A DNA stretch of 64,000 bases from Azolla caroliniana. Lineage: Eukaryota; Plantae; Polypodiophyta. The notes beneath the pieces are model-generated. The model saw only the letters and a program-made list of their open reading frames with translations. It was not told the DNA's origin and made no database searches. The position numbers and the translations under genes are program-made. This document shows positions 13,363 to 23,926 of the stretch, in pieces; position 1 is the first letter of the stretch; each line of letters begins with the position of its first letter. Location of the stretch: the NCBI GenBank assembly GCA_043228905.1, contig JBHGNT010000001.1, positions 26,474,001-26,538,000 on the forward strand, read 5' to 3'.

Positions 13363-15095
13363 TATCTGGTACGATGTGAAGGTACTGAGTGAGCGATAGT
13401 GAGGGTACGCCCAAGTCAAGCGTGAGCTGTGGGGTATCGTTTCGGCGGTTAAGGTCGACAAAGAGTACTTAATTGGGGTGGAAGTAATTATAGAAACGAA
13501 CTGCCTGCTGATTCTCTACATGGTCTCCGGATGCGTGACTCCCGACCTGGCCATGCTCAGGTGGATTGTGTACATCAAGTCCTTGAACCCGGAGATACGA
13601 CACGGGTAAAGACAACGCCATGGCCGTCATGCTTTCAAGAGCAAGATTCGAGGACGAGGATGGCATGGTATCAGAGAACGAAGAAGTCGGCGCAGACTTC
13701 TTCAAATCGGCAAGGATGAGGATAAAAGAGCAAAGCACCCCGCCCGTGAATGAGTTCGACGAAGACGACTACGACGGGGAGTGGCTCCTAATCGGGAGAT
13801 TTCTGAAGACAATGACGACAGATGCCACGATGACTAAGGAGGAGGCCGGACAGCTCCGGAAGAGGGCATACTGATATTTCCTACGGAACGGGAAAATCTG
13901 GAGGGTCCCGAAAAGGCGAAACGACGCGCTGCTCCGGGTAATAACGCGGGCGGATGACCAACATAAGCTAATGTCGGAGTTCCACGAGAGCCCTTGGTTT
14001 GGACACCGGGGTACGTGGGCTACATTCGAGAGTTAAAGGAAAAATACTAGTGGCCAGGCATGTACAAAAGTGTGCACAACTTCGTGTCTACGTGTGAAAG
14101 CTGCCAGATGCACTTGGTGGTTCGGCACCGCGACGAACTACACCTGACTTATCCTCCGACCGTGCCCTTCATGTGGATGGTTGACTTATTGACGATGCCG
14201 ATGGGCGAAGGGCAGAAGCGATACCTAGTGCTGGCTAGAGAGGACCTAACCAACCAGGTAGAGGGGCGAGCACTAACGAACAAGACCACCATGTCAATAT
14301 GTAAGTTTCTGATCGACGATGTCATATGCCGATACGGGTGCGTGGGAAAAACCGTGGCTGACCGAGGAGAGCTAGACGCGGAAGAGGTCGAGGAACTGTT
14401 TGATCGGTTAGGCGTGAAACTGTCCCTCACAACGGCGTACAACCTAGAGGCAAACGGAGAGATTGAACGGGGCCACGGTCCGATCGTAAAAGCCATTGTA
14501 TGCGCTTGCGGAGGTCGAGTTGGCAACTGGCCGAGGATGCTCCCATACGCGTTGTGGGCGGACAGAACCACCCATAGTTCGGTGACTGGGTACATGCCGG
14601 CGGAACTAATGTACGGACAGAAACCCATCATGCCCGTTGAGAGAACGATCGCCTCGTGGATGACAATCGATTGGTCTAACAAAATGAGCAGAGAAGAGCT
14701 ACTAGCGGCATGAATCCGGCAGCTCGAGTGAAGACCGGAAGACGTGGAATGAGCCACGACAAGGGTGAAAGAGGCGCGGATCTGAAACAAAGCCCGTTTC
14801 GACCGAACACACTGACTCCGGCCAAGGAAGATCGAGGAAGGTGATTGGGTGCTAGTCTACGACAACAGCCTCAACAACCAGCATAGGTCTACACGTAAGT
14901 TTACGAAGCATTGGTTCAGACCGTATATGGTAACTAGCGTCAACGACAACGTGACGTATCATCTCACGGAGCTCGATGGGACGTGAGTAGCGACTCCAGT
15001 GGCTGGGAAGCGGATAAAAGACTTCAAAAGATGGAACAAAGCAGAACCTAACTCGGGAGCCGAAAGCGCCAGTTCAGGAGAGGATGACAAGTAAC
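13363..15095 (+). pseudogene. pol: RNase H-integrase remnant of Gypsy D
   Basis: YAQVKRELWG, MLRWIVYIKSLNP, CESCQ, DLTNQVEGRAL, ADRGE, ALWADRTT; collinear with C pol at 25500-27150. Confidence 0.88.
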
Positions 15096-15168
15096 CGATG
15101 GTCCGGAATCCCTCACTAAATTCGCAATCCGGCACATACCAGAGTATGTGCGGTTTAGTGGGGGTGGA

Positions 15169-15890
15169 TGTCATGAAGATTCTGGGCCATAAGCAGAAAC
15201 AACGTGAAATGCGCACGAACACCGGTATACGCGAGTGCACGCCTCGAGGGAATTAAGTAGGATAAGTACTAGGCATGAGTATAAAGAGGGGGTACAAGGT
15301 AGTTAGAGCATTACAGAAGATATGGACATCGCATAAGTAGGGAGAGTTACGAGGAGAGAACCTAGGACGAAAAAGTGAAGGGTCATGAGTGCTTGTAACG
15401 GTCGTTCCTTGTGCTATAAAAGGGGTGACCTTTGACTGTCTTTGGGATGCAATCAAGAGGAAAGGATACACAGAGAAAGACCGAGGACTGATCACGGAAG
15501 AAGGTGCTTCCCCTACTCGCGTCAGACGCCCGAGTGCTCCCGACCGAGGGATCGACCTTTTGCGCACTAACGTCTCTTTGTACCTGGCTATTTGCCAAGC
15601 TCCGCGCTCAATCACCGGCTCTGATCCGGCTGTAACCACTCACAGCACCGTGCACCTGGGTTTTAATAGAACTCGCTCTGCCTAACATACTTTGTTCTCA
15701 GTGTCTTTTTTTGTGTCTGTGTCTACGCGTGACTCTCTTACTCTCTCCCGTTCGCTAGACTTACCCGCTCTCCCGTGGTCTCAAGACATAAGCGATCCCC
15801 AAACTCCTCCCTCCTCGCTTTCCTGATTCCTTGGTTCGAGACCCCCGTGGTCCTGCTGGACTCCACGCATCCGCGAGGATAACCTCGACA
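15169..15890 (+). repeat. 3' LTR of Gypsy D
   Basis: Direct repeat of 6691-6734 + 7838-8515. Confidence 0.92.
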
Positions 15891-16247
15891 CCGTGTACCG
15901 AGCTCTCTCTCTCCTCCTTCGGTTGTCATTCTCTGCGGGTTTTGGAGATCGTCGCATTTGCTTCGTGGACAACCCGTGCGCTTCCATCAAAGGCCCTCCC
16001 TTCGTGTTTCTGTACTTGGTGTGTGATGCCTGTGTGTGTGTGGGTGGACTCGCGTGTTGGGTCCGTTGCCGGTGTGCTGGTTGTAATCGTTTTTGGTGTT
16101 ATAATCAAATTGTTCTGTTCTCTCTCTCTCTCTTTCACTGTGTTCAGCAAAAACGCTCTCTCTCTCTCCTCTCTCACGCTCCTTGGTTCAGGGCCCCCGC
16201 GGTCCCGTCTTTTTTCACCCGCGAAAGTGTAGTAACACGACATAATT

Positions 16248-16264
16248 TGGTGAACCCGACGTGA
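16248..16264 (+). promoter_or_regulatory. PBS for tRNA-Trp (Gypsy C)
   Basis: TGGTGAACCCGACGTGA, 5 nt after the LTR end. Confidence 0.88.
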
Positions 16265-16287
16265 AGGAGGCGGCAAAGGAGTTGAAG

Positions 16288-18413
16288 ATGAGGGGATCTG
16301 AGCTTGCTGAAGCTATGGCAGTAGCTGTTGACCGGCTAGTGAGCGCTTGTGAGGGAACAGGTACCCTCGACAAAGCCATAGAATCGATCGTCGACACCAT
16401 AGGCTGATTTGGTGGTAAGAACGCCACGAGCTATTTGGAGGCCTATCGGGCCGAGATGATCATGAGAGACATCCTTGAAGACAGGTGGCTGTCCGGATTC
16501 CCTCGAGTGGCGACGCCGAGCATCCATGCAGAGGTGCTCGAGGTGTTGGCCGGATGCTAGACGTGGGAGGTTTTCGGGGAGCGGCTCCTCGAAAAGCATG
16601 GGTTCGATGACTCGCTTCGATTGTCGAAGCGGGACTTCATGGCATGGGTCGAAAGCCCTGGGAAGGGGAGGAGCACGTTGGCGCTCCTCCGGGAATTCGA
16701 AACGCGGTTCACGCGGTTGTCGGCGTTAGACCTGACCGTGCTCGATACGAGCCGGGTACTGCTGTTCGTCAAAGCGGTTGATGCATTGGACAGAGAGAAG
16801 GTAGGTCTCTTGTTGGAGACCAATGAAGGGATCATGAATGACTGAGCCATGGTTAAAGGAGTCTGCAGCCGTTTCGACAAACGGCGGGAATGGAGTGATG
16901 AAGGGACGTTGGCAGCAAGGCCCGTCCTGGCAAGGCAGTTCGAGGAGCCTTCACCGACACGAAAAGAAGAAACCCGAAACTGGCTTGAGATAGGGCGGCA
17001 TCAAACAACGTGGTCAAAGGTCCCTCTGAAGGGGTGGCGCTGGAAGAATTGACACAAATGGTGCATGACCTCCAGATCGCATAGGCACGACGGGACAACG
17101 GCGACAAGTCTCGCGACCGAAGGCCACCGGCAGGGCAACGATGCATATGGTGCGACGCATTCGGCCATGCCCACAGAGACTGCGTAGATTTCGTAGATGC
17201 GCTTAGAATTAACATGGTGTACCTCTGGGGTGGTCGGGTGCACTACAACGAGACTCAGAGAGCCCTGGAAGTGAGTATCGGGTGTGGTGGAATGAAGAGT
17301 CTGATGGAAGAGGCCGCCGCGTGACACACTGAGGTCGTGAATTATGCGGCGTCGGCAGGAATCCGGGTCGGGGGCAATGAAGGACAGAAGGCAAGCCACT
17401 CCGAGTTCTGGCCACTGGTGCTGGAAGGCCTCTTCGGAGTCTGGTTGAAGAAGGAAGAAGCGGACCGCGCGGAGCAGCGGGTCCGAGAAGTCATCGTGTG
17501 GGACGACCCGGTCGAAGAAAAGTCTGGCTTCGTAGAAGCTGCATGCCAGAACTACGAGGTTCTGGTGGAAGACAAGTGCGTGGGAAAGGCTGGAGGGGCC
17601 GGTCCCTCGCAATGGTACGACACCCGGTTTGGCCCGAAAAAGAGTGACGCCGGCAATTCCGACATATCGGACAAGGCCAAGCCTGCCGGGTACCGGCTGA
17701 TCACCGAGATAGAAAGAATGACGAACCTGCGGAAGGTCCTCGAAGAGCGGATCCTCGACAACAAGGTGGAGCTGTCGCTGAGGGAGGTGCTTGGAATCGC
17801 CAAGAAGGAGTTCCACGACTCCATTGTGGACTTGGTGAAGCGCAAACAACTCTCCATGGAACCGGAACCGGAGAAGCCCATAGAGGTGCGGACTACGCAC
17901 TTAGAGGATGCGGCCCTGGAGGACGTGTTGGCGGAAATCCATTATTCTAAGTTACATTGGGCTAGAGCCACTACCGAGACCCCTGTTCGGATCGGGGATG
18001 TGCAAGAGCCGGCAGTGGCGCTGATAGACCATGCATCCGAGATCAATTTAATGTCCCTGGACTTCTACTAAAAGGGGAAATGGCCAATCAACACCAAACA
18101 CGACTAAATGATATGCGCGGCGACCCGTGCTACGGAGGAGTTGCATGGGGCGTGCCCGAACGTAAGCGTGAAGATCGGCAATATTGAGATAGACCAACAC
18201 TTTTTTGTGCAATAGACATCCTCACACCCAGTGATACTCGGCGAACCGTACATCACGGCAACGCGCATGGAGACAAAGGTGCTGGACAACGGCTCGGCAT
18301 ACGCGTGCGTAAAGAGTCAAGATGGACAACGCTCCGTCCAATTTCTGACCGTAAGACTGAATCATGAGCGTAACCGTGAGACTCTCGGCGGCGACATCCG
18401 AGGGGATTTTTAA
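16288..18413 (+). pseudogene. gag: gag-protease of Gypsy C, disrupted
   Basis: CIWCDAFGHAHRDC knuckle, ALIDHASEINLMS protease-like motif, VILGEPY; frame ends GDF-TAA at 18413. Confidence 0.8.
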
Positions 18414-18469
18414 AGAGGGCTATCAAGGCGTGGGGCCGCGATAGTCCGGATGTGCCGGAGGAACCCCAC
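18404..18469 (+). promoter_or_regulatory. Putative -1 ribosomal frameshift signal (G_GAT_TTT plus pseudoknot)
   Basis: Slippery heptamer, 6-nt spacer, stem GGGCTATC/GATAGTCC, second stem GTGGGG/CCCCAC; the -1 frame is open into RT once G is excised. Confidence 0.65.
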
Positions 18470-18481
18470 ACCTGTACCATA

Positions 18482-18909
18482 TGTCAGAACCAAGGATAAA
18501 AGATAGAGTGATGGAAGAAGGATATTAGAGAACACGAGAAGAAAGGAACGAAATACTAAGAGAAGAAAGGATGTATAAGATAGAGAAAGAAAGAGAATGG
18601 ATACAAGATATGTAATGAGAGCTAAAGACTGGTGTTGATTCGAATTGATTTGAGAATACATGTATGCCCTTATTTATAATTTCCTATAGAATAGGTTAGA
18701 GATTTCTAGAATGTTCTAGAATGTTCTAGACCTAGAATGCTCTAGGACATTCTAGAACATTCTAGAATAATCTAGAGGTTTTACAATAATCAATGTAATA
18801 CAAGAAGTAGCTTTTATTATTTCATATAACAATAAGCTATCTTAATGGTTGAGGTTTTCAAGTATGGATTACAAGGTTCGAGGTTCAAGTCTGGGTGACG
18901 CCATAATGA
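18482..18909 (-). repeat. 3' LTR of Gypsy G
   Basis: Direct repeat of 23503-23916 with one 14-bp indel. Confidence 0.9.
18704..18767. promoter_or_regulatory. Heat-shock element cluster in the 3' LTR of G
   Basis: TTCTAGAATGTTCTAGAATGTTC and TTCTAGAACATTCTAGAA are perfect alternating nGAAn arrays. Confidence 0.65.
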
Positions 18910-21900
18910 AACATCGAAGATATTGCTCGAGCGTTTGATTTGTGCGCTCTGTTTGTCCGTCAGTTTGGGGATGATAAGCCGAAGAGAGTTTGCAAGAGAT
19001 TTTAAGGCCTGCCCATAGGTGCTTCCAAAAGTGTGAGATAAATTGAGGAGCTCGATCGCTAATAATATCATTCGGGAGACCATGATGGCGAAACACTTCA
19101 CGCATAATGAGATCTGCAGTTTCTTCACTATTGATGGTCTTTACACATGGTACAAAATGTGCCATCTTGGTGAACCGATCCACTATTGTTAAAATAGTAT
19201 CAAAGCCTTTGGAAGGTGGCAGATCTGTAATGAAATCCATAGAAATAGACTACCATGGCTTGTTGGGAGGGGGTAATGGTTGTAGTAAGCCATAAGGGTG
19301 ATGCCGAGGTATTTTGGCGCGACAGCAAGTGTCACAAGTGCGAACATAATCTTCGACAAATTTTTGCAAGTGAGGCCACCAAAACGAACGTTTCACCAAC
19401 TCAATGGTCTTGGAAATACTAAAATGTCTAACCATGGGGGCATCATGACAATGTTCCAACACTTGAAGTTGGGGTGATCCGTCGGGGACGTAAAGGAGAT
19501 TCTTGTAGAAGAGTAAGGCATATTGCCACTTGAAGTCCTGATAATGTTGAGATGACCGTAGCAATGTGGAGCAAGATGGATGACTTGAACCACAGTGGGC
19601 TAAGATATTAGAGATCTAGGTACTAAAGTAAGCTTAAGATAAGGATAAAGTAATGATAGATAGAAAGGAGAAAGAGAAAGAAGGGTGCCGATCCACCCAA
19701 CCACCCCCGAGCGAAGGGATCGAGACGGACTCGAGCCTCGATTGGCGTCCCATACCACCGCCGTGGCGTCGAGTCATACCTGGTGCTAGCACGCTCGCTA
19801 CAAGAGTTGACCCACCACAAGAGCAGAGTCTCGATGTAGTCAAAAGATGATGAAATGAGGGTAGCTAGGCCTCTTATTTATAGCGATACCCAAGGCCCCC
19901 AGGCAAGTTCACACTTGACCTAATGGGTTGTCTCAACCCCGAGGATTAAAAGTAATCCTCCCCTTCTTTACACTCTCGTTTAACCCTCACACTTATCCAC
20001 GTGTATAGAATACTACGGTAAATTCTCACCACGGGATATTAAATGGTCATGCCTGTAACATAAGACATCCTTAGTGAAATCATCTGAATGAAGTTGTTGC
20101 TGAATAGTGTCAAGAAGGGTAGAATCAAGTGGCGTGGCATAAATTGTTGTTACCTGTAGCTTTGATGGCCCGAGGAGAATTTGCTTTTGATTGTCAAAGG
20201 CCGGATCTCCAGGTCGAAGTGCTAGATACGAACGCCGAGACAAAGCATCTGCTTTCCCTTGTTGTTTTCCAGGGCGAAAAATGATCTTGAAATCAAAACG
20301 CGTTAGAAATTGGGCCCATCGAGCTTGGCGTCTATTTAATACTCGAGTTGTTTGAAAATATGTGAGATTTTTGTGATCACTATAAATGATAATCTGATGA
20401 GGTGATCCTTCTAGAAAATGACGTCATTGCTCGAATGAGTCGACCACAGCTAGTAACTCCTTGTCATGCACCTCATAGTTTATCTCCGAAACAGTAAATT
20501 TTCTCGAGTGAAACGCGACTGGATGTGTGTGCCTGTCCTCGCCTGGTTGCGATAGGATACTCCCCAATGCAAAGTCCGATGCATCTGCCTCAATAGTAAA
20601 TGGCTTTTCAGGATCAATATGTGCTAGGATGGGTGCTGATGTGAATGCCTCTTTCAGCTGCGTAAAAGCCTTGTCTTCTTCGATACTCCAAAAAAAATGC
20701 TTGATTTTTCTTGGTGAGTTGAGTAAGGGGCAACACAATGCTTGAATAATTATGTAGGAATTTGTGATAGAAGTTCGCAAATCCGAGGAGACACTGGACA
20801 TCTCGAACTGAGCATGGGGGTTTCCATTCCAATATTGTTTGGACTTTCGCTGGGTCCATGAAAACACCCTGGGATGAAATAGTGTATCCCAAAATTTCGA
20901 CTTGTTTGCAATCAAAACTGTATTTCTCAAGTTTGGCATAAAGACCATACTTCCTTAGGCGTTCAAGTACTTGCCGCACATGTATATCATGCTCCCCCTG
21001 TGTTTTAGAGTAAATCAATAGATCATCTAGGTAGATGATTAGAAAAATATCCAAGAAATCCCGGAAGATGTCATTTTCCATATGTTGGAATACTATAGGT
21101 GCATTTGTGAGCCCGAAAGGCATGACTGTATACTCGAAATGACCATACCGAGTACGAAATGCTGTTTTCCACTCATCTCCCGGCCGAATTCGAACAAGAT
21201 TATATGCACCCCTTAGATCAATTTTGGTAAAATGCTTTGCCCCACCAATGCGTTCTAAGAGATTGGAGATTAAAGGTAAAGCATACCTATTCCTTATGGT
21301 GACTTTATTTAAGCCTCGATAGTCCACGACCAAACGAAGGGAGCCGTCCTTTTTCTTCACAAAAAAGATAGGAGCACCAATTGGAGACTTTGAATGTCGA
21401 ATAAACCCATGTGCAAGATTTTCCTCGATGTATTCTCGAAGAACCTCAAGCTCAGTGGGTGATAAATTGTAAATCGGACCCCATAGTGGCTCTTTTCCTG
21501 GTTGGAGATCAATAGGACAGTCGTACGACTGATGCTTTGGAAGAACACTAGCTTTGACTTTGTTAAAAACATCAGCATAGTCTTGATATTTTTTGGGAAT
21601 TTGGATGTCTGAATTCCCTTGAGTGACACTAGAAGGTGTCACTGATACTGCAAATAAGAAAAGCTCCTCCTTGCCTCCCACTTGGCACAATTGTTGCAAT
21701 GTGATGGCTGAAATTTGATGAGAAGGATATGGTGCATCAGTAGAACTATATACTTTAGGAGGATAATCCCGAGTTCGATCCTTGACAATGATATATTCCA
21801 CTAAAGGGCACCTAATTTCTCGCTTCCTCCAATTGATTCTAGGGTTATGTAGCTCGAACCATGGTAAACCGAGGACAATTGGATGCTCAGGACTACGGAT

Positions 21901-22206
21901 TATGTTAAAGGAAACTACACATCCTAAATCACCCAAGAGTATGTGTATTGGCTCAGACTCTTCAAATATCTTCCTGGAAGCTATGGGGCGTCCATCAATC
22001 ACTACTACGGAAACTGGACAAGGAAGTGTATGCAAAGATATTTGGTGTTTTTGGGCAAAATCTCTATCCATGAAACAAGAATTGGCTCCAGTATCTAAGA
22101 GGGCTTGGACTTGAAGTTGACAACTGGGTGTCCTAACTTGTACTAGGGCTGAGAAGACTCTATTGACATGCTTGGAAGAAATGGAACCCCACACTAGGTT
22201 GTACAT
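18910..22206 (-). pseudogene. pol: pol of Gypsy G (PR, RT, RH, partial INT), frameshifted and interrupted by a solo LTR
   Basis: 530-aa ORF 22206-20614 with PR and RT; RH in 20700-20220; INT in 19600-18910 ending LEQYLRCFI at the LTR. Confidence 0.92.
19606..20060 (-). mobile_element. Solo LTR (455 bp) in the pol of G
   Basis: TSD TAAGA/TAAGA, plus-strand ends T(A)TTAG..GTAACA, TATAAATA on the minus strand; excision restores KDVL|AHCG. Confidence 0.82.
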
Positions 22207-22248
22207 ATCTAGGGTTGTCCAACCAAATGGCTCCTATTTTGGCCGGAC

Positions 22249-23412
22249 TTATTCGTTTGACTCCTCTTCTAATTGGCTTAGGACTTCAAATTTATTGGAC
22301 AAGGGTGAATTATTCATAATATTAGATTCACTAACTACTTCTAAAATGTTGGACACATTTTTATTGTCATAGTGAATTTGATTTACCTGACGTCTCGGCC
22401 TACGGGAGCAATGAATGGCTATATGTCCTGGACCTCCGCAATATAAGCATAGATGGTTTGCTCGACGACGTTGCTTCTCTTCGTCTGACAACGGTCCTCG
22501 TCGTTGAGTCATATCGATCTCCATGGGTGTAGGACTATCCATTGGGACTGGACTACGTGTTTGCCTTGGAGGTGGAGCAGGGCTATACATTTGCCTTGGG
22601 GATGATTGTGCCATTACTGATGCATAAGTTGGTGTGAATCTTGATCTTGTTATTTGTTGTTGTCGCTCACATCGACGCTCAAAAAGGCGATTATCACACC
22701 ATATTGCTCGACTAATAGCTTCTGTAAGTGACCTTGGATCCTCGGGGAAGGTAAGAAGTAAGTCTTTGACATCACTACGAAGGCCTGAACGGAATTGCTC
22801 CATTAGGGCTTGTTCATCCCAAGGAATATCGCTTGCGATGAGACGGAAATTGGCAGCATATGTCGAAGCTGGTTGTTCACCTTGACGAAGTGTACAAATC
22901 TTGTTGATAGCTGTTCTCGCTCCATCAGTATCTCCGAAACAAGCCTTAAATTCCTTGATAAATTCCTCGAAATTATTCAATAGAGGAGAATTGGTCTCTA
23001 GCAATGGAGCAAACCACGACAACGCTATGCCAGTCAATAAGGTGCCCACTAGCCCGACTCGTGATGCATCTGTTGGATAACGCGCGGGATGCATTTGAAT
23101 CACCAACCGTACTTGATTCAAGAAACCTCGGAAATGCGCCCTCGACCCATCAAATTTAGCTGGGAGGCTAATTTTGGGCTCCTTGATAAGTCCCTGACCT
23201 TCAACCCTTTGTTGTTGTAACACTGCGATTGTCGACTCTAACTGTTGCACTCGTCGCATGAACTCCTCTTGTTGTTGTTGCTTCTCTATAGTAACCTTTT
23301 GTAGATCCCCAAGTAGACGTTGATTCTCTACTTCAAGAGATGTGAACTTGGATTTAAGGTTCTCCATTTCTGCAACAAGGGTGAGATATTCTTCTGAGTT
23401 AATGGCAGCCAT
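22249..23412 (-). CDS. gag: Intact gag of Gypsy G (387 aa; coiled coil, retrotransposon capsid, CCHC knuckle)
   Basis: EPKISLPAKFDG, LLTGIALSWF, LRQG..YAANF, QFRSGL, PMEID, CLYCGGPGHIAIHC. Confidence 0.9.
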   Translation of the reverse strand: MAAINSEEYLTLVAEMENLKSKFTSLEVENQRLLGDLQKVTIEKQQQQEEFMRRVQQLESTIAVLQQQRVEGQGLIKEPKISLPAKFDGSRAHFRGFLNQVRLVIQMHPARYPTDASRVGLVGTLLTGIALSWFAPLLETNSPLLNNFEEFIKEFKACFGDTDGARTAINKICTLRQGEQPASTYAANFRLIASDIPWDEQALMEQFRSGLRSDVKDLLLTFPEDPRSLTEAISRAIWCDNRLFERRCERQQQITRSRFTPTYASVMAQSSPRQMYSPAPPPRQTRSPVPMDSPTPMEIDMTQRRGPLSDEEKQRRRANHLCLYCGGPGHIAIHCSRRPRRQVNQIHYDNKNVSNILEVVSESNIMNNSPLSNKFEVLSQLEEESNE

Positions 23413-23436
23413 GGTTTCAGGATGGTTACAAAGGAG

Positions 23437-23440
<4 letters not shown>

Positions 23441-23488
<48 letters not shown>
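23441..23488. repeat. (AG)n microsatellite in the 5' leader of G
   Basis: About 24 AG dinucleotides. Confidence 0.95.
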
Positions 23489-23492
<4 letters not shown>

Positions 23493-23502
23493 TGAATCAA
23501 AC

Positions 23503-23921
23503 TGTCAGAACCAAGGATAAAAGATAGAGTGACGGAAGAAGGATATTAGAGAACACGAGAAGAAAGGAACGAAATACTAAGAGAAGAATGGATGTATAAG
23601 ATAGAGAAAGAAAGAGAATGGATACAAGATATGTAATGAGAGCTAAAGACTGGTGTTGATTCGAATTGATTTGAGAATACATGTATGCCCTTATTTATAA
23701 GTTCCTATAGAATAGCTTAGAGATTTCTAGAATGTTCTAGAATGTTCTAGACCTAGAATGCTCTAGGACATTCTAGAACATTCTAGAATAATCTAGAGGT
23801 TTTACAATAATCAATGTAATACAAGAAGTAGCTTTTATTATTTCATATAACAATAAGCTATCTTAATGGTTGAGGTTTACAAGGTTCGAGGTTCAAGTCC
23901 GGGTGACGCCATAATGGTTTA
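23503..23921 (-). repeat. 5' LTR of Gypsy G (HSEs 23725-23788, TATA 23692-23699)
   Basis: Direct repeat of 18482-18909; followed on the plus strand by TSD CCATA. Confidence 0.9.
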
Positions 23922-23926
23922 CCATA

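Larger units (their letters stand above)
6691..15890 (+). mobile_element. Gypsy D: relative of C inserted in the 5' LTR of C, 722-bp LTRs, PR/RT deleted
   Basis: 5' LTR 6691-6734 + 7838-8515; 3' LTR 15169-15890; TSD CCGT/CCGT; tRNA-Trp PBS at 8520; gag and RH-INT similar to those of C. Confidence 0.92.
18482..23921 (-). mobile_element. Gypsy G: Tcn1/Tf1-like chromovirus-type element in reverse orientation; integrase 3' half and PPT deleted
   Basis: LTRs 23503-23921 and 18482-~18909, TSD CCATA/CCATA, gag 23412-22249, pol with [48 protein letters not shown]. Confidence 0.92.

Noticed and set aside
23342-23527. ER-repeat peptide ORF
   Set aside because: Translation of an (AG)n microsatellite.
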